This document shows positions 30,081-39,091 of a stretch of DNA of 64,000 bases, one piece after another (position 1 is the stretch's first letter; every line of letters starts with the position of its first letter). This stretch comes from Spizellomyces punctatus DAOM BR117 (Eukaryota): the NCBI GenBank assembly GCA_000182565.2, contig KQ257451.1; one strand, written 5' to 3'. Position numbers and translations under genes: made by a program. The notes under the pieces were generated by a model that made no database searches, was not told the origin of the DNA, and saw only the letters and a program-made list of their open reading frames with translations.

Positions 30081-32250
30081 ATGGCCGACCATTTTCGTTT
30101 CTACCCTAACGCCGAGGACACCATCACCCCGTGGAACGCGAGGTACCAGTACCCGTCGCAATCCAATGCGGCGAGGAAAGTGACCCCGCGTATCCCGCCC
30201 GTCAACGGGATGGTGTTTGGCGCCAACTATGGGAAATACATCAAAGTCCAGTTCCCCGCGCAAGGTTACGTCAACCCGACCAACACGACACTGACGTTTG
30301 ACGTTACTCTCACGGGGTACTCCCAATCCTCGGCCGTCGAACAAGTCAGGTTCCAAAACAACATTCAATCGATTTTCAAACGTGTCAAGTGGATGTATGG
30401 GTCTACCCCCGGTGAAGATATTGACGACTACAATGTGATGGTCCGCAATTTGACCGAATGGACAGCGAGCAACGCCTATGGCACGATGGATTCCACGTCT
30501 ATTAATGAAGGGATCGGCGGGGTGGTGGTTGGACGGACCCTCACTGCCGGTGATCCAAGCCCTGTACAATCGGGTGCTGCTCTCGTCAATGCGCGTCAAG
30601 CGTACATCCAAGGCATTGACAACACGGACGCCGCATTAGGGTTTGGGGGTGTTCCCAATCGTCACAACCATAGTTTATTGACAGCTACTTATGGGACTAA
30701 CGCATGTACCCGGCGGTACCAGGTCTCCCTCATGTTGGGACTCTTGACACAGGAAAAGTTGATCCCAACTAAATTCATGGCCTCTCAACTGTCCATCGAA
30801 ATCGAACTCGCTTCCCCCGAAGAATGTATCATTGTCGCCTACAATGGAACCACTGACAACCTCGCTCCCCCGACCTATCTCGTCCACAACATCCAGCTCA
30901 TCCCTGAAATCATCAATTTCGACCCCTCCTACGACGAAATGTTCATCCGTGGATTGTCCCAAGGAGGAGTGTGAGTACCTTTCCATTTCAGCTAGTTCAC
31001 GTTCCACGTCCACGGCCCATGCCAGGTTTTCGGCACGATCGTCTATCATGTCACCGTTGAGATGCACCACTTTTGATAACCGATGGACCGGCAACAACGA
31101 ATCCATGTGAAAGACCGTAGCAACCAACTCGTCGACATTGTAAGTGTCTCCTTCCACACATACTGTATTACGCCCGTCGTGGCCATATTGTTTCTTACAC
31201 CATTTTCCTTTGTAGTATACGACTCCACGGTTGGTGACGACGAGTCCTTTCACTTGGGGGTGTGTGCGTGCATCAGTCTTTTTAGCAAAGTAACGCCCTT
31301 TACATAGATGCAACCGCCGAAAGACTGTGTCCCCCAACACCACACGGTTCCGCTCGCTACACCAATCCAACAAGGTTTCTACGGAGACATGATAGGCGGC
31401 TGCTGCTGCGGCGATGGACGTGTACCGCTTGACCTTGACTAACTTGTAAACATCTAATCCATGTTGTTCCTCGATCATATTTTTCAATGTTGATTAGGCC
31501 GATCAAGTTTGGAACGTGAGTTCACGGGTGGCTTTTAAAGCGTAGCTTACCCATTTTATATATCTTCTTTTTTCCAGATGGCACACGTTCAGAACATCTA
31601 CTGCCGGTTCAAGTGTCATTAATTTCCCTATCCACGAAAGAGGCCGCTCTATCAAATCCTTGTTTGCGGTGCAAAGGCGACAAGTTCCTGTTTACGGTCG
31701 AGATATGGGAGCCACGCCGAACGCTTCCAACGGGATTATGCAATCGTACCAGTACCGCATCGGTGGTGAATATTATCCCGCGGCTCCGGTCGAATTGTCC
31801 ATGTCACCGTCCAGCAAGGTTTCCAACGGGGGTACAGAGGCGTGGCTCGAATTACAAAAAGCACTCAACACCGTCGGGGATTACCGTCTTTCCTCGGCCA
31901 TCAACACGCTCCGTTGGCATGCGCCGTACAGTGCGGTTTTGTGTGAAACTGATTTCGCCGGTACCATTATACGCGGCGACCAGACAGAACCGTATGCCCA
32001 GACAGTGGTCGCCCCCACTTCCAAGCAACAGGCGGGTAATATGGGTTCACACCATTTCGCCGCGGCGATTTCATTGGAAGCGACCAACGGGACCGAGATC
32101 TCGGGTCTCAATGCGCAAGAACAGTCTGATATTACCTTTATGGCGCGTTACTCTGAGTCTCAATTGGCGGATTACCAGATCTTTGTTTTTGCTTACATTG
32201 ACAAGATGATTATTTTGCGTGAAAACAATGTGATGGAAATGGTAGAGTAG
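30081..32250 (+). CDS. Major capsid protein (double jelly-roll, PLV-type), 3 exons: 30081-30970, 31498-31515, 31578-32250 (526 aa)
   Basis: Splicing at GTGAGT..TAG and GTGAGT..CAG gives one frame (GLSQGGV-PIKFGT-WHTFRTS..ERGRSIKSLFAVQRR). MCP-like motifs IKVQFPAQGYVNP, EDIDDYNV, KLIP..LSIEIEL, YQYRIGGEYYP; directly upstream of the penton. Confidence 0.88.
30675..31478 (-). CDS. Intron-encoded HNH homing endonuclease-like protein (antisense to MCP)
   Basis: NUMOD1-like YTSIAAAAAAYHVS and HNH_3-like VDELVATVF..VVHLNGDMIDDRAENLAW; ATG 31478 (the ORF track starts at TTG 31487). Confidence 0.8.
   Translation of the reverse strand: MIEEQHGLDVYKLVKVKRYTSIAAAAAAYHVSVETLLDWCSERNRVVLGDTVFRRLHLCKGRYFAKKTDARTHPQVKGLVVTNRGVVYYKGKWCKKQYGHDGRNTVCVEGDTYNVDELVATVFHMDSLLPVHRLSKVVHLNGDMIDDRAENLAWAVDVERELAEMERYSHSSLGQSTDEHFVVGGVEIDDFRDELDVVDEIGRGSEVVSGSIVGDNDTFFGGSEFDFDGQLRGHEFSWDQLFLCQESQHEGDLVPPGTCVSPISSCQ
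30971..31497 (+). other. MCP intron 1 (527 nt, GT-AG) containing an antisense HNH endonuclease gene
   Basis: Donor GTGAGTAC at 30971, branch-like TGACTAAC at 31436-31443, no AG until TAG ending at 31497; removal restores the frame. Confidence 0.88.
31516..31577 (+). other. MCP intron 2 (62 nt, GT-AG)
   Basis: GTGAGT donor, GCTTAC branch-like site, TCTTCTTTTTTCCAG acceptor. Confidence 0.85.
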
Positions 32251-32306
32251 TGCGCTTTATTTTTGTGTGTAAACCATAAGTAGTAGTAGTAGTAGTACAA
32301 TACATT

Positions 32307-33179
32307 ATGCCCCAAGCTGTCGGTAAAGCTGCGTTCGGTATCGCTGATTTTTTACGTTACAATGAAGTGTATTTCGACTCTTCTGAACGGACGTATGGCA
32401 CGACCAATTCTCCAAATTATTCGGTGAAACCACTGACCAATGTCGTGGGGTTCAAACTCCTTGACGCCCAAATTCCGTTCTCGTATTACGTGTTTCCCGA
32501 GGGTCGCAACACGTTCCAGCTGTACGAACCGGCTACCGACGCCACAACGACCGTCACCATTCCGCCTGGAAATTACACGCCTTCGTCGTTCGTAGCCGTA
32601 CTGCAGACCGCCTTGGAAACGGCTGGTGACGCCGAGTACACCGTCGCCTTCTCCACTCCCACGGGCAAATTCACGATTACGTCCAGCGTGGCTGAACCGT
32701 TTGCGGTCACATTTGACTTTGACGGGCCAGGGCCGTGGATCGGGTTCACACATGCAGCCACGTTTACGGCCTCGGCGGGCGGTGTCTTAGTCGCTCCGTT
32801 CGTGGCACGACTGAGTGGGCCTGATTACATCTATGTCTGCTCCCAGTCCCTTGGGTTCCTCAATTACAATACGTTGCGGCTCGGTGACGCCTCGACGTCC
32901 GGCGCCGTGGTCGCTAAAATCCCTGTGACGGTGAATCCAGGTGGGGTCATCACATGGACGGACCCAGACCCAACAAAACTGTTTGAATGTGATGTGGGCG
33001 TGTTGGAACGTGTGGATTTGTATGTGGCCGCTGGGGGCGATGTGACCACTCCACTGGATTTCAACGGTGCACCGTTTTCCTTGAAATTTATGTTTGTCAC
33101 GTCTGACGATATCTATGTTAAACGTGGCGCTGGGGATACATTGGGAAATCCGACCAAGCGGATGATGTTTTCGAATTGA
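32307..33179 (+). CDS. Minor capsid (penton, single jelly-roll) protein
   Basis: VYFDSSER, NVVGFKLLDAQIPFSYY, VTIPPGNYT, DYIYVCS, VVAKIPV, PLDFNG are motifs typical of PLV/virophage pentons. Confidence 0.85.
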   Translation: MPQAVGKAAFGIADFLRYNEVYFDSSERTYGTTNSPNYSVKPLTNVVGFKLLDAQIPFSYYVFPEGRNTFQLYEPATDATTTVTIPPGNYTPSSFVAVLQTALETAGDAEYTVAFSTPTGKFTITSSVAEPFAVTFDFDGPGPWIGFTHAATFTASAGGVLVAPFVARLSGPDYIYVCSQSLGFLNYNTLRLGDASTSGAVVAKIPVTVNPGGVITWTDPDPTKLFECDVGVLERVDLYVAAGGDVTTPLDFNGAPFSLKFMFVTSDDIYVKRGAGDTLGNPTKRMMFSN

Positions 33180-33223
33180 ATTTTTGTATGTAAACATAAA
33201 GTATATCAATACATCCCATTACT

Positions 33224-35074
33224 ATGGAACGTCTTTCTCGTACGACACAACCGCCCAAAAACCCGGTCGTGACCGTTGGACCGCAAGGTCCGCTTGGCGC
33301 CACCCTTACTGGCCGTCAAGTCGTAGACACGCGCCGCGGGTACCGACAAGTCGATGTCAAACCTAAACTCCATGCCCAACGCGTGGATACCGTGGCTCCC
33401 GAAGTGAAAGGCAAATTTTGGGGCCGCCCCACATTCAAGACCCAGTACGGTTGGAAATTCCATGATTACAGAGCTCCGGATCTGTACCATGAACCTATCC
33501 TCAGTCCGCTCAAACAATTCGATTGGACCAACAAGGTCGCCACAACCATTCAGGCCGCTGACCGTACGGGGTCAAAGAACCCATGGGTTCCAAAAGCCAA
33601 CCCTGGAGGGTTGTTGGTCAAACCGAAAAATTATTTGACACGTGGGTCGAACTTGAGGACGTTGGAAACTGTTGATGAATATGGAAAACCGTTCATCCCT
33701 GACGTCATGGATTGGGAACGTACTCACAAAGATAACCTCAATCTTGAACGATCGGTTGTGGACCGCTACGATGCTCACTATGACGACCCAATGGAAACTG
33801 ACACCATCTTCTCTGGCCCTCCAAAAAATGATATGAAAGCGCGTGCCGCATCTGAACGTACTCAATTGAATGCATTGTTGAAAGCATTGGACAATGCTCG
33901 GTCACATAACATTGAACTCTCACCGCAGATGGCGGAAACTTTATCTCAATTGGAATCAGTGGCGAAGGACGCGGCCGATGCCATGGAAGGGATCGAACAC
34001 GTGGGCTATATCCAGCGCGCCACTCAGCCTTCCAAAACCGCTGCCGCAGAATCCGGCTACACGGCCCAAGCCATCCACCAATTCATTGCGATCCTCGATG
34101 GGATCAAGGCGGCTTCATTGACATCCTTACCCGAGACCGCATCACAAATGTGGTACGAACGTGTCTTGGACCAAGTGGAATCCTTGTCCCAAGCGTTCGG
34201 ATTCTTGTCTGAACGTTTGAATGATGATTCCGTGCCTAAAAACCAATTGGAACGGCAACACGGGATCCTTGTCGATGTCGAGAAGAGGGTTGGTTTACTC
34301 ACTGTCTATGCCCTCCACGGTCAACGTACACAGATGCGCCCCCAAGAAATGAATGCCAACGTGACTTACATCCACAACAAACTCGGTGAATGTTTATTGT
34401 GGGTGAACCAGCTGCTCCACTCTAAGGGGTACTCTGCCACAGCCGCCAACGGTTACCAAGACGTCCCTGCAACCGCTTCCGAGTTTGAGGATATTAGTGC
34501 GGCATGGGAAGATCTGTTGACCATGGCAGACGCCCCAACCCAACGTGCCATGGCGCCGGTCCTTAACGCGTTACGCCCTGCGCGTGAATCATTGAGTAAT
34601 ATTGCCATGGACATGGACATCACGCCTACGGCCATTGCCCCGGCTATTGGTAATGATATAGATGTAGAACGCTCGGCCGCAACCGGTGTTAGCAGCAGCG
34701 GCGGTGAAGGCGTCGCTGGTGGCGAGGCCTCGGCCACGGCGGTCACTCACACGGTCGTCCCCCAAACGACTGTCACTGGCACCAACCTCCCTGACGTAAC
34801 GGATGAGGAAATTGATACTTTCATTCAAACCGGTCAATTTAGGGCGGAATGGGGAATTCGCACTAAGGCTCAACGTGACCCCAAACGTCTTATACGTAAT
34901 AATGCATTTCGGGAAAGGGTCCGTACAACCCTCGCCCGTGAGAAAGCATTGACCCAACAACCGAGACGCAATACCATTAATCTGGATAAGCTCACCCCAC
35001 GAAAGACCGTCCTCCAACCTCCTGCAGCCCCGTCTACGTCCGTTGTACACGATGCTGACACTGAAGCCATGTAA
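33224..35074 (+). CDS. Viral hypothetical protein (616 aa), possibly a virion core protein
   Basis: Long ORF in the structural cluster, preceded by the TGTATGTAAACA motif; basic N-terminus, helical middle. Confidence 0.7.
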   Translation: MERLSRTTQPPKNPVVTVGPQGPLGATLTGRQVVDTRRGYRQVDVKPKLHAQRVDTVAPEVKGKFWGRPTFKTQYGWKFHDYRAPDLYHEPILSPLKQFDWTNKVATTIQAADRTGSKNPWVPKANPGGLLVKPKNYLTRGSNLRTLETVDEYGKPFIPDVMDWERTHKDNLNLERSVVDRYDAHYDDPMETDTIFSGPPKNDMKARAASERTQLNALLKALDNARSHNIELSPQMAETLSQLESVAKDAADAMEGIEHVGYIQRATQPSKTAAAESGYTAQAIHQFIAILDGIKAASLTSLPETASQMWYERVLDQVESLSQAFGFLSERLNDDSVPKNQLERQHGILVDVEKRVGLLTVYALHGQRTQMRPQEMNANVTYIHNKLGECLLWVNQLLHSKGYSATAANGYQDVPATASEFEDISAAWEDLLTMADAPTQRAMAPVLNALRPARESLSNIAMDMDITPTAIAPAIGNDIDVERSAATGVSSSGGEGVAGGEASATAVTHTVVPQTTVTGTNLPDVTDEEIDTFIQTGQFRAEWGIRTKAQRDPKRLIRNNAFRERVRTTLAREKALTQQPRRNTINLDKLTPRKTVLQPPAAPSTSVVHDADTEAM

Positions 35075-35141
35075 TTATTTTTTAAATGTAACCTACTCTT
35101 ATAAATACCATTGGCCATTCTTTTCCCCTATTTCCTTCGTG

Positions 35142-35498
35142 ATGGTTAAACCCAATGCCAAGGGTAAAAACCCAACCAAAACGCCACATTCCAAACGCCA
35201 AAAGGCCCAAACAGCCCTTAGGATTGACACCTCAGCAAAGACTGGCTCTGGACAAAAAGGCCGGCGTCTCGTTCGTAACGGGAAAGGTCAAACCGCCAAA
35301 GTTCGACCCGGCGGATCTATTCCATCATCCTCCACAAAGAAAAGATATCATCCCTCCCACGATACGATTAGCAAAGCCGCAGCCGCCGCCAAGCTTGTCA
35401 AAGGAGCCGTTGGGTTCATCCAAGGACTTAAAACCAATCACACCGCAGTCACCAGTATGGGCGGTACAGGCAAACCCTACTCCGACGTACGAAAGTGA
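35142..35498 (+). CDS. Small Lys/Arg-rich protein, putative DNA-condensing core protein
   Basis: 118 aa, very basic, TATAAA at 35100-35105; overlapped by +1-frame ORF 35155-35604. Confidence 0.5.
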   Translation: MVKPNAKGKNPTKTPHSKRQKAQTALRIDTSAKTGSGQKGRRLVRNGKGQTAKVRPGGSIPSSSTKKRYHPSHDTISKAAAAAKLVKGAVGFIQGLKTNHTAVTSMGGTGKPYSDVRK

Positions 35499-35652
35499 CA
35501 CTAGTCGTAGTAGTTGTGATGAGGATGGGTGGTGGGACGTGACCGTCGACTCCACATCTTCCGATTCTGATAGTGATGATAATTCTGATGATGAGCAAGT
35601 ATAAATAGATCGTCTTCCGTAGATTTTCTCCCCTTTTTACTCCCAATACAAC

Positions 35653-36054
35653 ATGTTGTCTCCACGTATCACGGTGTTCCACTACCCTGAAGGCCATAAC
35701 TCCTTTGATATACTCACAGGAGAGATCATCAATACGATGCATAAACACAACTTTTGTCCGATGGTAGATGCCCTCCATGGCCATGACGAGACGTGGCTTT
35801 TCGAAACATTTCACAACGTTCAACATCATCGATTCGTTTTCATGACCATGCATGGATTCGTTTCTGCACCTGTCGACCGTATAAAGGACAACACGTTTGG
35901 CGACCCTAGTTTTGTCATTTATTTTCCTGACGATCCTGATCTCGTTGTTCCTTGGAAATCTATCGTTTTATATTTCGAAGGGATATTTGGGTTACGTGCA
36001 CCTGTTTTCATAGACGATACGTTGAGGTACTTTCTCGGTGTCGAAAAAGCATAA
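35653..36054 (+). CDS. Viral hypothetical protein (133 aa)
   Basis: ATG ORF with TATAAA at 35600-35605. Confidence 0.6.
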   Translation: MLSPRITVFHYPEGHNSFDILTGEIINTMHKHNFCPMVDALHGHDETWLFETFHNVQHHRFVFMTMHGFVSAPVDRIKDNTFGDPSFVIYFPDDPDLVVPWKSIVLYFEGIFGLRAPVFIDDTLRYFLGVEKA

Positions 36055-36107
36055 ATAGACAGCATAGCAACGGATTTCCCCTTTCCCACTTTTTATTACA
36101 CCAATAT

Positions 36108-36278
36108 ATGGTTGTGCTCAGTCCTGTTCAGTTTTGGTGTGCCATCATATTTGTTGTCTTTGTACCTTTGATCTCACTTGTTGGGCTGTTGGTCTATCAA
36201 CATACTCAGAGCGCTAAACTTGCCGTCGCCGAAACCGTTCGCCAGCAACACCACAGCGCGTGCACATCTCCATTATGA
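36108..36278 (+). CDS. Small single-TM viral protein (56 aa)
   Basis: Hydrophobic FWCAIIFVVFVPLISLVGLLVY; its stop overlaps the next ATG (ATGA). Confidence 0.5.
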   Translation: MVVLSPVQFWCAIIFVVFVPLISLVGLLVYQHTQSAKLAVAETVRQQHHSACTSPL

Positions 36279-36895
36279 CGAAAATCTATAAAGCCTCGCT
36301 CGCCGATATCACCAATGTGTTGACGGGTGGTTCGCCACCTGCCAAGAAACAAGGAGGTCGTAAGCGTAAAGAGAATCCTGTCGAGGAACCGCCTGAAGCT
36401 ACTACTCAGCCTGAGGCGACTAATGAGCCAGAAACCCCTCAACAACGTCGTAACCGGCTAGCCCGCGAACGCCGTCAAGCCAAGAAATCGGTTTCTGTCG
36501 AGCCCGTTCCCGAACCTGTTACTGAACCCGTTCCTGAGCCGCCTGTGCCTGAACCTCCTGTCGTTGAACAGCCTGTTGAACAGCCCGTGGAACAACCAGC
36601 TACCCAGCCCACTGTTGAACAGCCTAAAAAGAAGAAACAGCGTACGGAACGGCCTAGCGGAGCCCCGCCGAAATGGTTTGTCGATTCTTACAACAATATC
36701 ATCAAACATGTGTTGGACTACAAAGTGGCTACTGAGACCAACGCTCAATTGGCGCCTACTGTCGCTGCGGCTGCTCAACAGAAATGGGACGAACAAAAGA
36801 ATGAAGTTGCCCCTTTGGAGGATAAATTGTTTTCTGAAATGTTTGGTAGAGCGTTTGGCCGTAGTCACCGTAAACCAGCTAGGAAACTGCTTTGA
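36275..36895 (+). CDS. Viral Pro/Glu-rich protein with NLS-like basic clusters
   Basis: PEPV/EQPV repeats, PAKKQGGRKRK, PKKKKQR, conserved-looking PPKWF motif. Confidence 0.7.
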   Translation: MTKIYKASLADITNVLTGGSPPAKKQGGRKRKENPVEEPPEATTQPEATNEPETPQQRRNRLARERRQAKKSVSVEPVPEPVTEPVPEPPVPEPPVVEQPVEQPVEQPATQPTVEQPKKKKQRTERPSGAPPKWFVDSYNNIIKHVLDYKVATETNAQLAPTVAAAAQQKWDEQKNEVAPLEDKLFSEMFGRAFGRSHRKPARKLL

Positions 36896-36929
36896 TTTTT
36901 AAATGCAAATAAACATTGTATTGTACACA

Positions 36930-38559
36930 ATGAACGTGACGCCTAAAATTGTACGTAAACATCAAACTGTGCGTGTAGCACAAGGGTTGCCAGGCCACCA
37001 ACGCGACCGTGATGGCACCTTGCTGTCGCTGGACGTGGCTTCTGTACCGGAAGATGAGACAGATCACCATCCCGCCCCACCACACCCCGCGCTGCTTCCA
37101 CACGAAACGTCGCTGCTGCTCGTCGCGTCAAAGGGGTCCGGCAAGACGACGTTGATCTGTAATTTGCTCGATTTCTACAGAGCATTTTTTCATACAATAC
37201 TTGTGTTCAGCCCCACAATCAACAACGATTCAAAATGGGTGAGTACCTCTTCTTGTCTTTTCCGTTTACGGTTGGCCAGCATGACGATGGCTCGCCGTTG
37301 GTTTTCATACCGCGTCACCCATTCGAGGTTATCTGCGCGGTTGTTTTTGGTGTTGCCGTCGATATGGTCAATCTCGGGTGAACAGTGTTTAAGGAGCGAA
37401 TGTTTTTCGTCTGGATAAAATGTGTCTCCAACAATACGATGGATGAGGTAGTTTTTGTACTTGATCATGACTTGCATGTAGCCGTTACTGCCGATGTACC
37501 CAAACGTACGTCCACCGTTCGCATGTTCTATACGCCCATGTGACGAGACTTTGACTGGTAGGGTTGGGTGGTCAAACCATACTTCGTACTCGCCAGGCTG
37601 TAACATGAGGTCTTGATTGGCGTATTTCCATTCGTAACCCCGATAACGGAATTGAGTATTGCCGTGTTTTTTGAAGTGATACCATAACGTTGGTTGGGAT
37701 ACCCCGATTGATTTTGCCGCAGCGTTTATAGATCTGAATTCTGTTTCTGAATCGTCCAACTCGATTCTAACCACTCTTCTATTTGCTGGTGTCCATTTCC
37801 TCATTTTTCTCATAGGATTGGGTCAAGGGCCAGAAACTGTTGGCGCGCAACACAAAACTCGAAAAGTTTGTCAAATCCCTCGAAACGAAAAGGGCCCGCG
37901 ACCTTTCAGGCGTTGTCGTAGGGCGTGAACCGATGGAGTTGGCTAGAGAACGGGAGAAGGAAGACGATATTGTCGACGAGGATGATTTCACAGGATATAT
38001 CCCCGATGAATGTTTTCTCGACGATTACAATGAACAGATGCTGGTCGATGTGATGAATGAACAAGACAAGTTAATCAAATGGCTTAAAGCCCACGGAGGG
38101 CACAAGACGGTTGCGAATCGCCTTTTACTGATTTTCGATGATATGGTCGGGTCGTCCCTCTTTTCGAACGCAAGAAACAATGCCTTCAAACGTCTCAACT
38201 CCAATCTGCGCCACTACTCTGCTTCTGCCATTATTGTGTCCCAGTCGTACAAGGAACTTCCACGCATCTGCCGAGTCAATGCCTCGGGTGTCATCTTGTT
38301 TGAAACGCCTAATGAAAAAGAGTTGGAAGTGTTATACGAAGAAAATCCTTGCTCGCTCAAGAAAAACGATTGGCTTTCCTGTTATTACGAATGTACAGCT
38401 GACCCATTCTCGTTCATGATGATCAACTATAAGCGGCCGAAACAACTCAGGATCTCAAAACGATTCGATGAGTTTTTGCTGTGCGATACGATGAAAGGTA
38501 TCCCGGATCGACGGCCACCAATGAGATCTGCCGCAGATGACCATCCACCAACCATATAA
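36930..38559 (+). CDS. DNA packaging ATPase (A32/FtsK-HerA), 2 exons: 36930-37238 and 37816-38559 (350 aa)
   Basis: Walker A LLVASKGSGKTT in exon 1; Walker B LLLIFDDMVG and LRHYSASAIIVSQ in exon 2; a phase-0 GT-AG intron joins NNDSKW-DWVKGQ. Confidence 0.92.
37190..37813 (-). CDS. Intron-encoded HNH homing endonuclease (antisense to ATPase)
   Basis: NUMOD1-like EFRSINAAAKSIGVS, VSSHGRI, GYMQV, and canonical HNH_3 LIHRIVGDTF..IDHIDGNTKNNRADNLEWVT..EN. Confidence 0.92.
   Translation of the reverse strand: MRKMRKWTPANRRVVRIELDDSETEFRSINAAAKSIGVSQPTLWYHFKKHGNTQFRYRGYEWKYANQDLMLQPGEYEVWFDHPTLPVKVSSHGRIEHANGGRTFGYIGSNGYMQVMIKYKNYLIHRIVGDTFYPDEKHSLLKHCSPEIDHIDGNTKNNRADNLEWVTRYENQRRAIVMLANRKRKRQEEVLTHFESLLIVGLNTSIV
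37239..37815 (+). other. ATPase intron (577 nt, GT-AG) containing an antisense HNH endonuclease gene
   Basis: Donor GTGAGTAC at 37239, branch-like TTCTAAC at 37765-37771, pyrimidine tract, first AG at 37814-37815. Confidence 0.9.
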
Positions 38560-38600
38560 AAGTCGTGGCTTGGCTAGGTTTTTCCCTGCCACCAACAAAA

Positions 38601-39008
38601 ATGACTTCTTCCGACTATTATGCGTTCCGATACGAAATCATTACCTTACATGCTGGCGTTGATGTCCGAGCGGTCGTCGAAGTCCGAAAACCTGGCTGCC
38701 GGCTCCCGTTTACTGACGTAATCACGAATTACCATACCCGTGGCTTGAAACCTGTGTTTACGGATCTGTTTATTTCCGCTGATTGGGGGACATGTTTGGC
38801 TGATTACAAGTTTTTGCGCCAATTGTGGGACGACCTAGAAATGGACGGAACGTTTGATGTTGACATGTTACTCAGCGACGCCACGCGGCGGTGCCTACCC
38901 CAAACCGAGGCGCTGATTCCAGACGCCGAGCCTCGTGTATATAGACGTTCTTTGGAAGAAGTGCGTGATCGGATTATGGCGCTTGTCCCTGTCACTCTCA
39001 CCGAATAA
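38601..39008 (+). CDS. Viral hypothetical protein (135 aa)
   Basis: ATG 38601 with TATAAA at 38555-38560. Confidence 0.6.
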   Translation: MTSSDYYAFRYEIITLHAGVDVRAVVEVRKPGCRLPFTDVITNYHTRGLKPVFTDLFISADWGTCLADYKFLRQLWDDLEMDGTFDVDMLLSDATRRCLPQTEALIPDAEPRVYRRSLEEVRDRIMALVPVTLTE

Positions 39009-39091
39009 ATAAAACGCCTCACTTGTAAACAATGTCTTGTCTATTTAAACTCCTCCAAAACTTTTCTTATTTCTGTCCTGACTGTACACGT

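Noticed and set aside
30971-31497. Group I intron interpretation (upstream exon ends in T, intron ends in G)
   Set aside because: The insert is nearly all ORF, leaving no room for a ribozyme core; it has GTGAGT, CTAAC and YAG signals; and the sister ATPase intron follows a G
30081-32250. MCP and ATPase as broken pseudogenes or separate ORF pairs, as the ORF track suggests
   Set aside because: Canonical splice sites restore single uninterrupted frames with all motifs
32279-32296. (AGT)6 run resembling Polinton terminal AGT repeats
   Set aside because: Internal, with no inverted partner; best treated as a microsatellite in the penton leader
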